From: Octopus sinensis
Taxonomy: Eukaryota
Length of the DNA: 64,000 nt
Direction: 5' to 3'
Assembly (NCBI RefSeq): GCF_006345805.1
Contig: NC_043001.1
Coordinates: 13,454,001-13,518,000 of the forward strand
Made by a program: the position numbers and the translations under genes. Each line of letters opens with the position of its first letter. The stretch's first letter is position 1. The notes under the pieces were generated by a model. It saw nothing but the letters and a program-made list of their open reading frames with translations. It did no database searches and was not told the origin of the DNA. This document shows positions 1 through 11,181 of this stretch, in pieces.

Positions 1-56
1 GCCACAAACCGCCAACGTGTTGTTGAAAGGGCAGCTACTGAACAAGAATCTTTTTT

Positions 57-1289
57 GTGCCTGGCACAAAAGATTGTACAGCAGCTAACCTGGCTCCATC
101 AAACTCAAGCTCGCAGATGGGACTATCCACAGTTCACAAGACCACCACAGCAAATAGACCCAAGGTGGACACCACCGGCAACAGCATACACCTCACCTCG
201 ATGCTCCTACTGAACATCAGAGGACTACTAACACACAGTAACAGGACAAAAGTCCCGCTCTTGAGAGACTTTGTTGCATGCAATCAAGCCTTATGCATAG
301 CGCTTACGGAAACACACCTGAAACCGGACATAGCAGATGCGGAATTACACATACCACAGTGTGTTGTACTACGGACCGACAGAAAAGAAAGGACACATGG
401 AGGAGTTGCTATGTACATCCGTGAGGACCTCACACCCCAGGTCCTTTTGTCATACTCAAACTCGGTGTGTGACACACTAATTGTACATGTAAGGCAACTT
501 GGTGTAGTTGTGTGTGCTACATATCGCCCTCCAGATGCCCCAATCCATATGGGCAAGTTTGAAGACTGCCTTATAAAAATAGAAGTTCTAGTCACACTAG
601 AACAACACATAAGTGTACTTCTCATGGGAGACTTCAATCTACCCAATGTCAGATGGCCCGAGAGCCTTTCTCTCCCAGGAATGACACGATGTGAACGAGG
701 ACAGGCGAGGTCCCTCCTGAACCTCATCAACACCCTGTACATGGAGCAAGTAATACTCCAACCAACAAGGGCAGGTAACACACTGGATCTCTGCTTCACA
801 AATAATATGGATCTCATCCATAATGTGAAAGTGACACCGACACTACTCTCAGAACACAACATGGTAGAGCTGACCATGTACGGGCCAAAGGAAAGCATGG
901 ACATGCAGCCTACAAGAAACTCTCAGAATCTTTCCAGCTTGAACTTCAATAAGGCAAACTGGAAACAAATTGAGAAAGAGATCCTCAAACAAAACTGGCC
1001 TGAATGTCTCTCCTCGCCAGACATCGACATGAAAGTTCAACAATTCATGTCTGTAATGCAAGCCGTATGCTACAAATGTGTCCCAGAGAGAAAGGCCACT
1101 GTACACAAGAACAAAATCCCCAGAGAGAGGAAAATTCTACTGAGACGGCGTACAAAAATCTCAAATCGCCTAAACAAACAAATTGAAAGCAGTGAAAAGT
1201 CCCGCCTGAAAATGAAACTGTTGGAAATTGAAAAATGTCTGCAACTCTCCCATGAAAAGGAAAGAGCAGACAAAAAAGCTGGGCTATAG
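57..1289 (+). pseudogene. LINE ORF2 N-terminal part: apurinic-like (APE) endonuclease domain
   Basis: Motifs LLNIRGL, IALTETHL, RTDR..GGVAMY, YRPP, MGDFNLP, PTRAGNTLDL, SEHN; frameshift near 1280-1290. Confidence 0.92.
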
Positions 1290-1345
1290 ACAACATAAAA
1301 TCTAACCCCAGAGCTTTCTACAGGTATGCCAAAGAAACAGCTACG

Positions 1346-3110
1346 GTGCACTATAGGATAGGGCCACTCCTTGAAAGGGATGGCACACTCACAGGAAATC
1401 CAATGACGGTAAGTGAAATACTAAATGAGCAATTCAAGAGTGTTTTCACCCCACCCCTTGGGCATTTCCAAATCAGCAATCCAACTGACTTCTTCACCAC
1501 TGCAGATATGGGGTCAGAGGCGGCGATGATTGATTACATCAATATAAAGGAAGACGATGTAATAAAGGCTATAGATAAGATGAAAACAAACTCAGCTACT
1601 GGCACCGATGGATTCCCGGCAATCATTCTAAAAGTATGTAAGAGAGTCCTAGCAAGACCACTGCAGTCTCTCTTTCAGAGCTTCCTTGCAACTGGCAAAC
1701 TTCCAAGAAAACTGAAGGAAGGTAAAATATGCCCTATTCATAAAGGAGGTAGCAGAGCGGAGGCCAAGAACTACAGACCTATCTCTCTGACCTCACACAT
1801 CAGCAAGGTCATGGAACGAATAGTCAGAAGGAAACTAATCACCTTCCTTGAAGAAAATGACTTGCTGCTTGACACCCAACATGGTTTCCGACCAGGAAGA
1901 AGCTGCTTAACTCAGCTCCTACAACACTATGACTGGGTGCTGAAACGACTGCTCAGCCACTCAAATGTGGAAGTGATATATCTCGACTTTGCAAAGGCCT
2001 TTGATAAAGTCGATCATGGAATGATATGTCACAAACTGCGTGATCTTGGCATAGTTGGAAAACTGAGAGAATGACTTCATGACTTTCTGAAGGATAGAAG
2101 TCAGGTGGTAGTAGCCAATGGGGCCACTTCCATTAACACGCAAATAGTGAGCGGTGTTCCGCAGGGCACTGTTCTGGGACCACTACTGTTCATAATGGCT
2201 CTCTCAGACATGCCCTCAGCCACGCAGAGAGCCACGATCACAAGTTATGCAGATGATACAAAAGTTTCACAGGCAATACTGAACCCTGAAGAAACTAAGC
2301 ACCTGCAATGTGAGCTGGAAAAAATATACAAGTGGGCTGAAAAGAATAGCATGCAGTTCAATGCTGAAAAGTTTTAAGCTTTATGCTATCAGCATGCAAA
2401 ACTGAATGCAATACCCAATGAATACACTGGATCCGGAGGAATTGCAATCCCAGAGGCACAATCAGTGCGTGACCTGGGTATTTACATAAGTGATGACGCA
2501 ACCTTTTGTGTACATGTTGCTAAATTGGCAATGAAATGTAGACGACTGGCTGGATGGATTCTTAGAACCTTTAGAACAAGAGAACAAGAAACCATGATGG
2601 TCCTCTGGAGGACACCTGTCCTAAGCCACTTTGACTATTGCTCTCAGCTATGGTCACCATCCAGTGTCAAGCTGATCACAGAACTTGAGGCAATCCAACG
2701 TAGCTACACGAAGAAGATAGCCTCTGTGCAAATATAAGCTACTGGGAAAGACTCAAGAGATTAAAACTCTATTCCTTGGAGCGTAGGCGAGAAAGATATG
2801 CCATAATATACATCTGGAAGATCCTGGAAGGACTTGTCCCAAACTTTGGCATCGAGAGTTACACAAATCTAGAACTGGGCGCCACTGCGTGGTGCCAAGG
2901 ACTTCAAATTTGCCATCAAGATATAGGACAAGATACTGTGATAGCCTGGGCTTCCGAGACCCACAGCTCTTCAATATCCTCCAGAAGAACCTAAGAGACC
3001 TGCATGGGGTGGATGCAGATGTCTTTAAAAGGAAACTGGATCTCTTGTTGTCAGGTATACCAGATGAACCAGCTTCACGGCTGGAGGTGCAGATGAGGGC
3101 AGCTGCATAG
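1346..3110 (+). pseudogene. LINE ORF2 reverse transcriptase and C-terminal region, broken into several ORFs
   Basis: NYRPISLTS, QHGFRPGRSC, LDFAKAFDKVDH, SGVPQGTVLGPLLF, YADDTK, RDLGI, DYCSQLWSP, ERRRERY; in-frame stops at 2072-2074 and 2375-2377, later frameshifts. Confidence 0.93.
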
Positions 3111-3188
3111 AACTCTCTCATGCACCAAATGGCGGTGCCCCAGCATGGCCACAGCTCGTGAGCTGAAACTAGAATCAATCAATCAATC

Positions 3189-3254
<66 letters not shown>

Positions 3255-3500
3255 ATGTATTTCGATAGTTTGAACAATTAGCTTAACGTGCACTCCAATA
3301 GCGAAATTCTTTCCTAAGCCTTTGACCATTCTTTTAATCAACATACCCCTCCCTCTCTATTTGTTCCCTACCTATTATTCCTTTAGCCCTTCTCTTCCTA
3401 CTATCTAACTTTGACGTCAATTCTACTAACGGTTTTTTGTAAAACACTTATTATCGTTTTGTTTACCATGTAGGCAGTCATCGCAATTTTTGTTTTGTCT

Positions 3501-3594
3501 CCCTTTCTTTCCTGATGAGAAGATTGCATCTTGCACCGTTTATTCCTTTGGAATAAAACCATGTTGTCTTCGAAATATATGTCGAGAGTAAAGG
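3501..3594 (+). ncRNA. Type I hammerhead ribozyme motif in a PLE-type terminal repeat fragment (about 3260-3630)
   Basis: CUGAUGA at 3512-3518; stem II GAAGA/UCUUC with long insert; GAAA-U-AUAU-GUC; stem I CCCUUUCUUUC/GAGAGUAAAGG. Confidence 0.7.
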
Positions 3595-3906
3595 AATTTT
3601 GTTAACATCTTCGTTCAACTCCATTTATTTATTTATTCATATATATATATATATGTATATATCAAAATAAGCAAGAAGAATACCCAGAGGTAATGCAGTT
3701 TCATGCAATTCCATTTAATTGAAGAATGCAACCATGACATCAATTTCAAATGCAGGGAAATCTTCAGATGCACAAAGACAGAATTTAATTAAATCAGAAC
3801 ATATGGACACATTAATATAATTATACCTGAAATCTACAAGAAGTTAAGGAAATAGACAAACTGTATGGATAATACCGTACTAAATACCTGTGCCTCAACT
3901 TAAACT

Positions 3907-3940
<34 letters not shown>

Positions 3941-3943
<3 letters not shown>

Positions 3944-4293
3944 AGGATCTTCTTTCAGTTTCTGTTTACCAAATCCACTAACAAGATTTGGTCAGCCCAA
4001 GGCTCTATTAAGATACACTTGACTAAGGTGCCACGCAGTTGGATTGAGCACCGATTTATGTATTTGGGAAGCATGTGGTTTGGAAAGTGATATATATATA
4101 TATATATATAATATATATATATATAATATATATATATATATATGCGAGGATCTTCTTTCAGTTTCTGTTTACCAAATCCACTAACAAGATTTGGTCAGCC
4201 CAAGGCTCTATTAAGATACACTTGACTAAGGTGCCACGCAGTTGGATTGAGCACCGATTTATGTATTTGGGAAGCATGTGGTTTGGAAAGTGA
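3941..4293 (-). mobile_element. Two tandem truncated heads of SINE family A, separated by (TA)n
   Basis: 3941-4090 and 4143-4293 are identical to each other and match the tRNA/CORE-like head of full copies. Confidence 0.85.
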
Positions 4294-4296
4294 ATA

Positions 4297-4348
<52 letters not shown>

Positions 4349-4386
4349 AATGAAAGAATGGAGTTGAACGACGAATTAACAAAATT

Positions 4387-4481
4387 CCTTTATTCTCGAC
4401 ATATGTTTCGAAGGCTGCATATTCCTAATTTCGAAGAAATAAGGGGTGCATTATGTCGCCTTCTCATCAGGAAAAACAAGG
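4387..4481 (-). ncRNA. Type I hammerhead ribozyme motif, intact core
   Basis: Minus strand: CCUUGUUUUUC-CUGAUGA-GAAGGC...GCCUUC-GAAA-C-AUAU-GUC/GAGAAUAAAGG. Confidence 0.78.
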
Positions 4482-4589
4482 AACTTAAGCCAGCATCAAG
4501 ATGAACAAAAACTTTTAGATGACTGCCCACACGGAGCCCATAGCGCAGTCATCTAAAAGTTTTTGTTCATCTTGATGCTGACATAAGTT

Positions 4590-4684
4590 CCTTGTTTTTC
4601 CTGATGAGAAGGCGGCATGATGCACCCCTTATTCCTTCGAAATTAGGAATATGCAGCCTTGTAAACATATGTCGAGAATAAAGG
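4590..4684 (+). ncRNA. Hammerhead motif with mutated core (CGAAA to GUAAA), probably inactive
   Basis: CUGAUGA at 4601-4607; GCCUU-GUAAA-CAUAU-GUC at 4656-4673. Confidence 0.65.
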
Positions 4685-4884
4685 AATTTTGTTAATTCGT
4701 CGTTCAACTCCATTCTTTCATTTATTTGTATTAAAAAAACACAAATTTCCACACGAAAGCACGTGATCTCTGCCCTTGGCATGTTGCTTCAACCGTGTTT
4801 TTCTGACGTGAATTTGCTACCCAGGTATCGGTTAACCGAATTATCCATAATAAGATAATTCATTCAACTACTCATATCTATATC

Positions 4885-4916
<32 letters not shown>

Positions 4917-5064
4917 CGTATATTTGCCATCTCAATATGGCTACCCCTAAGGGTGGATGCTACTGTAGTTTTTAGCCCCAGGAGGACACACTCCTCCAGC
5001 TGGCCATAGACACACTTTCTGTGTCCTGTCAGTATTTGCAAAGGGAAGTCATCCTTCCCGTCTT

Positions 5065-5134
5065 CAACTTATGATACACACGGACTCGAGTTTCGAGGTA
5101 TTGACCTCTCGTCAGCGTGTGACAATCATAGTTG
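5065..5134 (-). ncRNA. Type I hammerhead ribozyme, unit 1 (predicted cleavage between 5083 and 5082)
   Basis: CAAC UAUGAU UGU CACACG-CUGACGA-GAGGU CAAU ACCUC-GAAA-C UCGA GUC/CGUGUG U AUCAUA A GUUG; all stems complementary. Confidence 0.93.
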
Positions 5135-5416
5135 TCGGCGAGAATTAGATTTCCTTCACAAATACTTATACTTTTTCCAGCGTCCACTGTCGCTGATATT
5201 GAAAAAGTGAAATCAAACAATGATAAATATCAAAGTGAGTTATATACAGTAGCGGTAATATATAGTGACGTATATTTGCCATCTCAATATGGCTACCCCT
5301 AAGGGTGGATGCTACTGTAGTTTTTAGCCCCAGGAGGACACACTCCTCCAGCTGGCCATAGACACACTTTCTGTGTCCTGTCAGTATTTGCAAAGGGAAG
5401 TCATCCTTCCCGTCTT

Positions 5417-5486
5417 CAACTTATGATACACACGGACTCGAGTTTCGAGGTATTGACCTCTCGTCAGCGTGTGACAATCATAGTTG
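5417..5486 (-). ncRNA. Type I hammerhead ribozyme, unit 2
   Basis: Identical to the unit 1 motif, offset +352. Confidence 0.93.
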
Positions 5487-5768
5487 TCGGCGAGAATTAG
5501 ATTTCCTTCACAAATACTTATACTTTTTCCAGCGTCCACTGTCGCTGATATTGAAAAAGTGAAATCAAACAATGATAAATATCAAAGTGAGTTATATACA
5601 GTAGCGGTAACACATCGTGACGTATATTTGCCATCTCAATATGGCTACCCCTAAGGGTGGATGCTACTGTAGTTTTTAGCCCCAGGAGGACACACTCCTC
5701 CAGCTGGCCATAGACACACTTTCTGTGTCCTGTCAGTATTTGCAAAGGGAAGTCATCCTTCCCGTCTT

Positions 5769-5838
5769 CAACTTATGATACACACGGACTCGAGTTTCGA
5801 GGTATTGACCTCTCGTCAGCGTGTGACAATCATAGTTG
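5769..5838 (-). ncRNA. Type I hammerhead ribozyme, unit 3
   Basis: Identical to the unit 1 motif, offset +704. Confidence 0.93.
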
Positions 5839-6120
5839 TCGGCGAGAATTAGATTTCCTTCACAAATACTTATACTTTTTCCAGCGTCCACTGTCGCTGA
5901 TATTGAAAAAGTGAAATCAAACAATGATAAATATCAAAGTGAGTTATATACAGTAGCGGTAACACATCGTGACGTATATTTGCCATCTCAATATGGCTAC
6001 CCCTAAGGGTGGATGCTACTGTAGTTTTTAGCCCCAGGAGGACACACTCCTCCAGCTGGCCATAGACACACTTTCTGTGTCCTGTCAGTATTTGCAAAGG
6101 GAAGTCATCCTTCCCGTCTT

Positions 6121-6190
6121 CAACTTATGATACACACGGACTCGAGTTTCGAGGTATTGACCTCTCGTCAGCGTGTGACAATCATAGTTG
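6121..6190 (-). ncRNA. Type I hammerhead ribozyme, unit 4
   Basis: Identical to the unit 1 motif, offset +1056. Confidence 0.93.
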
Positions 6191-6499
6191 TCGGCGAGAA
6201 TTAGATTTCCTTCACAAATACTTATACTTTTTCCAGCGTCCACTGTCGCTGATATTTCGTGTATGGAGACCAAATCGCGCAACAGTATTCAAAGTGAGGA
6301 CGGACGATGGTGAAAAACGAGATAATATGAGCGTCACTTCCCTCGCTCCCTATTTCTCTCTATATGTCTATCTATAACTCTCTCTCTCTCCCCTTCACTC
6401 TGTCTCTATCTCTCTCTTTCTCTCTCTCTCTCTCTTTCTTACCTTTCTCACTCTGTGCATGTATATGCATATTTATACGAGCAAAACGACCTCCGTCCA

Positions 6500-6837
6500 A
6501 TGGACGGTGCTGAGTTGTCAAACATTTAAACCTAATTTATTCAAAACAACTTGTCCGGCCGTCCCGTAGGCCTCTCTTTAAGAAACACTGATTTAACCTA
6601 AATTTGAGACACCAGCAAAAGACGGATTTCGACTGATGTACTTGCGCCTACAATTGCACGTTCTCACGGCTTTATCGATCGCATTCTTACCTGGAATCGA
6701 TTTTTGTATTTTTTTCCAAATTTATAAACGCCCTGATACCGTCGGTATCTACATATCAAATTTGAGCGCAATCGTATGGAGGATGCCCGAGATCCTAAAA
6801 GACACACACACACAGAGAACGGATTTTATATAATAGA
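6500..6837 (-). mobile_element. Helitron-like non-autonomous element, 5' part
   Basis: Begins TCTATTATATAAAATCCGTTC on the minus strand; homologous copy at 45809-46245. Confidence 0.55.
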
Positions 6838-6880
6838 TATATAAATATTAATAAAATATGTATATATATACATATATTTA

Positions 6881-6968
<88 letters not shown>

Positions 6969-7102
6969 GACATTATTCGGCTACCGAGTAAGTGTCACAT
7001 ATTACATGTACAGATAAATTCCTCTATTTACATAATATCGAGGTCTCTTTCTTTCTTTTGTGTCTCGCTATTTTTCTCAATATATATATATATATAATAT
7101 AT

Positions 7103-7134
<32 letters not shown>

Positions 7135-7993
7135 CACAAATTTATATTTCTATATCAGAGCGCGCGTATGTGTGTATGTGTGTGTCTGAGATGATATCCG
7201 AAAGATACTTCAGTCTTTGTGATATAATATTTTAAGCTCTGTACACATTTACCAATGATGGTAGGAAAGTCATTAATTAGCAACTCGGTTATGTTTTCCT
7301 TAAACAATTCAAATACAATAAAACAGAAGAACATTTGGAAATTTAATTAGTCTACACGTGTTCTTTCAATGATTACATACATTTTGCAAACATTTTATGT
7401 CAGTCAAGCTGTAGAAATGTCGTGTCTTTGTCACATTTCGAAAGAAACATGGCCGTACACCATGAGAAAGAATGCAATCTGTTTGCATGTTAACTCTTTC
7501 ACTTCTCTGTCGTTTGTTTTGTATAAAGCACAAAATTTTATACACTACATATTCTTCGTTTCTCAACAGAAAATTATTCTCACTACAGACAAGGATAAGT
7601 GCATTGACTACAGTGATGCCAGAAGGTTAACTGAACATAAAATTTAATCATTTCTCTCTCAAAATGTTCATCACATGCATGACGCTATCGTTTGTATATG
7701 TATGCTATGAAGCATTAAGCATTATACAATAACCATCTACGATGAAGATTCCGACGACGACAGTCTCGTAGAAATTGCATCGAGTTTTGTATCAAATATT
7801 TTGTTAACTCACTCGCCATAATGAATTGATTTATTCTTTCCAGAAATTTGCCCCGGTGTATCTGAACCTCATATAATATATTTCGACCGAGATTGCCAAC
7901 AGAGATTGTGTAATAAAAAACACATACAGCTACACACGCACAGACGCACGCGCACACGTGCACACACATAAACAAATGTATATCTATGTATAT

Positions 7994-8066
<73 letters not shown>

Positions 8067-8094
8067 CATATATTTATATGCATATCGTTAGCCA

Positions 8095-8262
8095 CTACAC
8101 ACATTTTTCTCTCCTTGTTTTTTCTGTGTCCCTTTCAGTAGAAGAGCGTAGGCTCGAAACGTAAAAGAATTTTTTCTATTCCTGAGCGTTATACTAATAC
8201 ATCTGTTTGTTTTGTACACTACCTGTCTTCGTCTTTTGTTTTTTCGTAAACTCTCCCTATGT
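8095..8262 (+). repeat. Dispersed repeat of PLE-terminus type; second copy at about 44275-44462
   Basis: Shared GAGCGTAGGCTCGAAACGTAAAAGA...CTACCTGTCTTCGTC sequence; both copies next to (TA)n. Confidence 0.6.
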
Positions 8263-9022
8263 ATATACTGTATCTATTATTAACTGTTTATCATATGTAT
8301 TAGCCCTCCTGACCAGTTAGACCCTCTGAAGAAGCCTAGAGGCACACTCATCATCTAAACGTTATCTGCCCATGCCTACAGAACACTGAAGAGATGGAGA
8401 TGCCATGAAGGATTTCGTTGCCTCTTGGCAGAAACGGCTGTAAGGAACAGATCTTTTGTTATTTTCTGTAATCTTAATACATGTGTGTGTGTGTAACACA
8501 TATTTACTACATGTGTATGTATTCTACTACTACTTTTGAATAAATAGACACGTGGAATGTCTACCGAATGAGTTATGTCGTTTTGCACCCTTTCCGTTTT
8601 CATATTTGCCGAATAAATTAAGGGTAAACCACATTCTACCCCCGCCTATATATGACAATTAGTTGCGAGATTGCCACGCAATAACCAGCATTTGGGTCCA
8701 TAGAATTAGGTACACTACTATCAGTATATTTCATATGCCCGATGTATAGAGAAGGGCAGAGAAAATATGAGATGCAGTACATAACATTGGTAGAAGTGTA
8801 GGTGAAGAAGTAGTCAGATAGGTTAGATGATGGTTGCCGGTGAGAAGGGTGGTGTTGGAGAGTTAAGGGCAAGTGCGGTAGCGTGGGCGGGAGCAGGGGA
8901 AAAGAGCCGGATTGATATATATATATGTATATGTTTATGTGTGTTGAATATATTTTCTCTTAAATTATGCATCAAGCAATTTAGCATTAAAATGAAAGGC
9001 AACACATCATTTGTTTCTAGGC

Positions 9023-9122
<100 letters not shown>

Positions 9123-9811
9123 ACACATATATATATATTATATATATATTTATATAGTTATATATTATATTATATTATATTATATTATTTCTGGAATAGA
9201 CATTTATATCTTTCGTTCTTCGATACATTTCACCACACTGTTTGTTTTGAACCCTGCTCTGGATGTTCCAAGTGCAGTTCAATGTTTAACCACAAAACAC
9301 CAATAGCGTGCGTTTAATTGCATCCTGTTTCAGAGAGCTAATTTTTACGTAATGTAAGAAAGTGTACCTGATAATCTGTTATGGATGTAAAATTGTGATC
9401 ATCATAATTTTTTTATACGTGTGTGTGTGTGTGAGTGTGTGTGTGTGTGTGTGCGTTTGTGCGTGAATATTTTTTCGCTGGCTGTAGTTGATGTATGAAC
9501 TTAAGTCAAATCTTCCTCAGAATGAATTTATTGCCATATAAAACAAGAATCTATTCTACTTCTACGGGTTTTTAATTGACAATAAATGTGTCTGCGTTTG
9601 ATGCATCTTGCAGATTCAATAATAAATTGCCGATCATCCCAACAAGTAAAACTTAAAAAATAAATGAACTTTCTCACAAGCAAGTATCTCGTAGATGATT
9701 TTTTAAATATCTAAATGGGAATCTGGAATTATATTTGCCATGATTCTATTCTGAATTTTGATGAAAACAATAAAAGTTCTCTCTTTATATCTTTCTTTCT
9801 TTTTTCTTTTC

Positions 9812-10012
9812 TTTTTACTTGTTTCAGTCATTTTGACTGCGGCCATGTTGGAGCACCGCCTTTAGTCGAGCAACTCGACCCCGGGACTTATTCTTTGTAA
9901 GCCCAGTACTTATTCAATCGGTCTCTTTTTGCCGAACCGCTAAGTGACGGGGACATAAACACACCAGCATCGGTTGTCAAGCAATGCTAGGGGGACAAAC
10001 ACAGACACACAA

Positions 10013-10043
<31 letters not shown>

Positions 10044-10215
10044 CATATATACGACAGGCTTCTTTCAGTTTCCGTCTACCAAATCCACTCACAAGGCATT
10101 TGTTGGCCCGGGGCTATAGCAGAAGACACTTGCCCAAGATGCCACGCAGTGGGACTGAACCCGGAACCATGTGGTTGGTAAGCAAGCTACTTACCACACA
10201 GCCACTCCTGCGCCT
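9812..10215 (-). mobile_element. SINE family A, full length (tRNA head, CORE-like centre, internal microsatellite, CR1-like 3' end)
   Basis: Head GGCGCAGGAGTGGCTGTGTGG...GGTTCAGTCCC; CTTGGGCAAGTGTCTT; tail CCAGCATGGCCGCAGTCAAATGACTGAAAC. Confidence 0.9.
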
Positions 10216-10401
10216 ATGTATATTTTTTTAGCAAATATTGATTTAAGAGAAAAAAAATCGTCCAGCGAATGCTGTGTATATTGTCGTGTAGAGGAACTAC
10301 TTGAACATGTATGTATAGTTCTTGTTCGTTGTTGCATTGATTGGTTACGCGAAACTACGTCCCTACTGGGAAGTTGTTAAGTACACATAGGATAATAATG
10401 G

Positions 10402-11181
10402 TTTCTCTACTACCCACAAGGGGCTAAACACAGAGGGGACAAATAAGTACAGACAAACGGATTAAGTCGATTATATCGACACCAGTGCGTAATTGGTACT
10501 TAATTTATCGACCCCGAAAGCATAAAAGGCAAAGTTGACTTCGGCGGAATTCGAACTCACAACGTAACGGCAGACGAAATACCTATTTCTTTACTACCCA
10601 CAAAGGGCTAAACACAGAGGGGATAAACAAGGACAGACAAACGGATTAAGTCGATTATGTCTACCCCAGTGCGTAACTGGTACTTAATTTATCGACCCCG
10701 AAAGCATGAAAGGCAAATACGACTTCGGCGGAATTTGAACTCAGAACGTAACGGCAGACGAAATGCCTGTTTCTTTACTATCCACAAGAGACTAATCACA
10801 GAGAGGATAAACAAGGACAGACAGACGGATTAAGTCGATTACATCGACCCCAGTGCGTAACTGGTACTTAATTTATCGACCCCGAAAGCATGAAAGGCAA
10901 AGTCGACTTCGCGGAATTCGAACTCACAACGTAACGGCAGACGAAATACCTATTTCTTTACTATCCACAAGGGGCTAAACACAGAGGGGACAAACAAGTA
11001 CAGACAAATGGATTAAGTCGGTTATATCTACCCCAGTGCGTAACTGGTACTTAATTTATCGACCCCGAAAGGATGAAAGGCAAAGTCGACTTCGGTGGAA
11101 TTTGATATCAGAACGTAACGGCAGTCGAAATACGGCTACGCATTTTGCTCGGCGTGCTAGCGTTTCTGCCAGCTCGCCGCC
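10402..11181 (-). mobile_element. SINE family B with one head and four tandem bodies of about 183 bp
   Basis: Head GGCGGCGAGCTGGCAGAAACGCTAGC once; body ...GCCTTTCATCCTTTCGGGGTCGATAAATTAAGTACC... four times. Confidence 0.9.

Larger units (their letters stand above)
1..3189 (+). mobile_element. CR1-type non-LTR retrotransposon (LINE), 5' end outside window, disrupted by frameshifts and stops; ends in (AATC)n tail
   Basis: APE endonuclease and RT motifs in successive + ORFs; 3' UTR stem-loop at 3152-3165; AATC repeats at about 3174-3189. Confidence 0.93.
4346..4875. mobile_element. Fold-back element (181-bp arms, 18-nt loop) with an HHR in each arm plus a unique tail; PLE-derived
   Basis: Arms 4346-4526 and 4545-4725 are near-perfect inverted repeats; tail TGCTACCCAGGTATC...ATAATTCATT also follows the fold-back at 47491. 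Confidence 0.85.
4913..6256 (-). repeat. 352-bp tandem array (about 3.8 units), one hammerhead ribozyme per unit: retrozyme-like element
   Basis: Unit starts at 4913, 5265, 5617 and 5969; units near-identical; (TA)n on the left. Confidence 0.95.

Noticed and set aside
3720-3790. Minus-strand CUGAAGA...GAAA-UUGAU-GUC
   Set aside because: Stem II cannot pair and stem I is only 3 bp; at best a dead relic.
5029-6282. Repeated 63-75 aa ORFs in the 352-bp array; CRISPR-like periodicity
   Set aside because: No recognisable domains, and the units are identical with no unique spacers; the conserved feature is RNA structure.
8130-8175. GAGC(GUAG)GCUC-GAAAC hammerhead-like half (also near 44335)
   Set aside because: No canonical CUGANGA or NUH site in either copy.
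8326-8420. Two CTGAAGA words followed by short hairpins
   Set aside because: No GAAA or cleavage triplet in the required positions.
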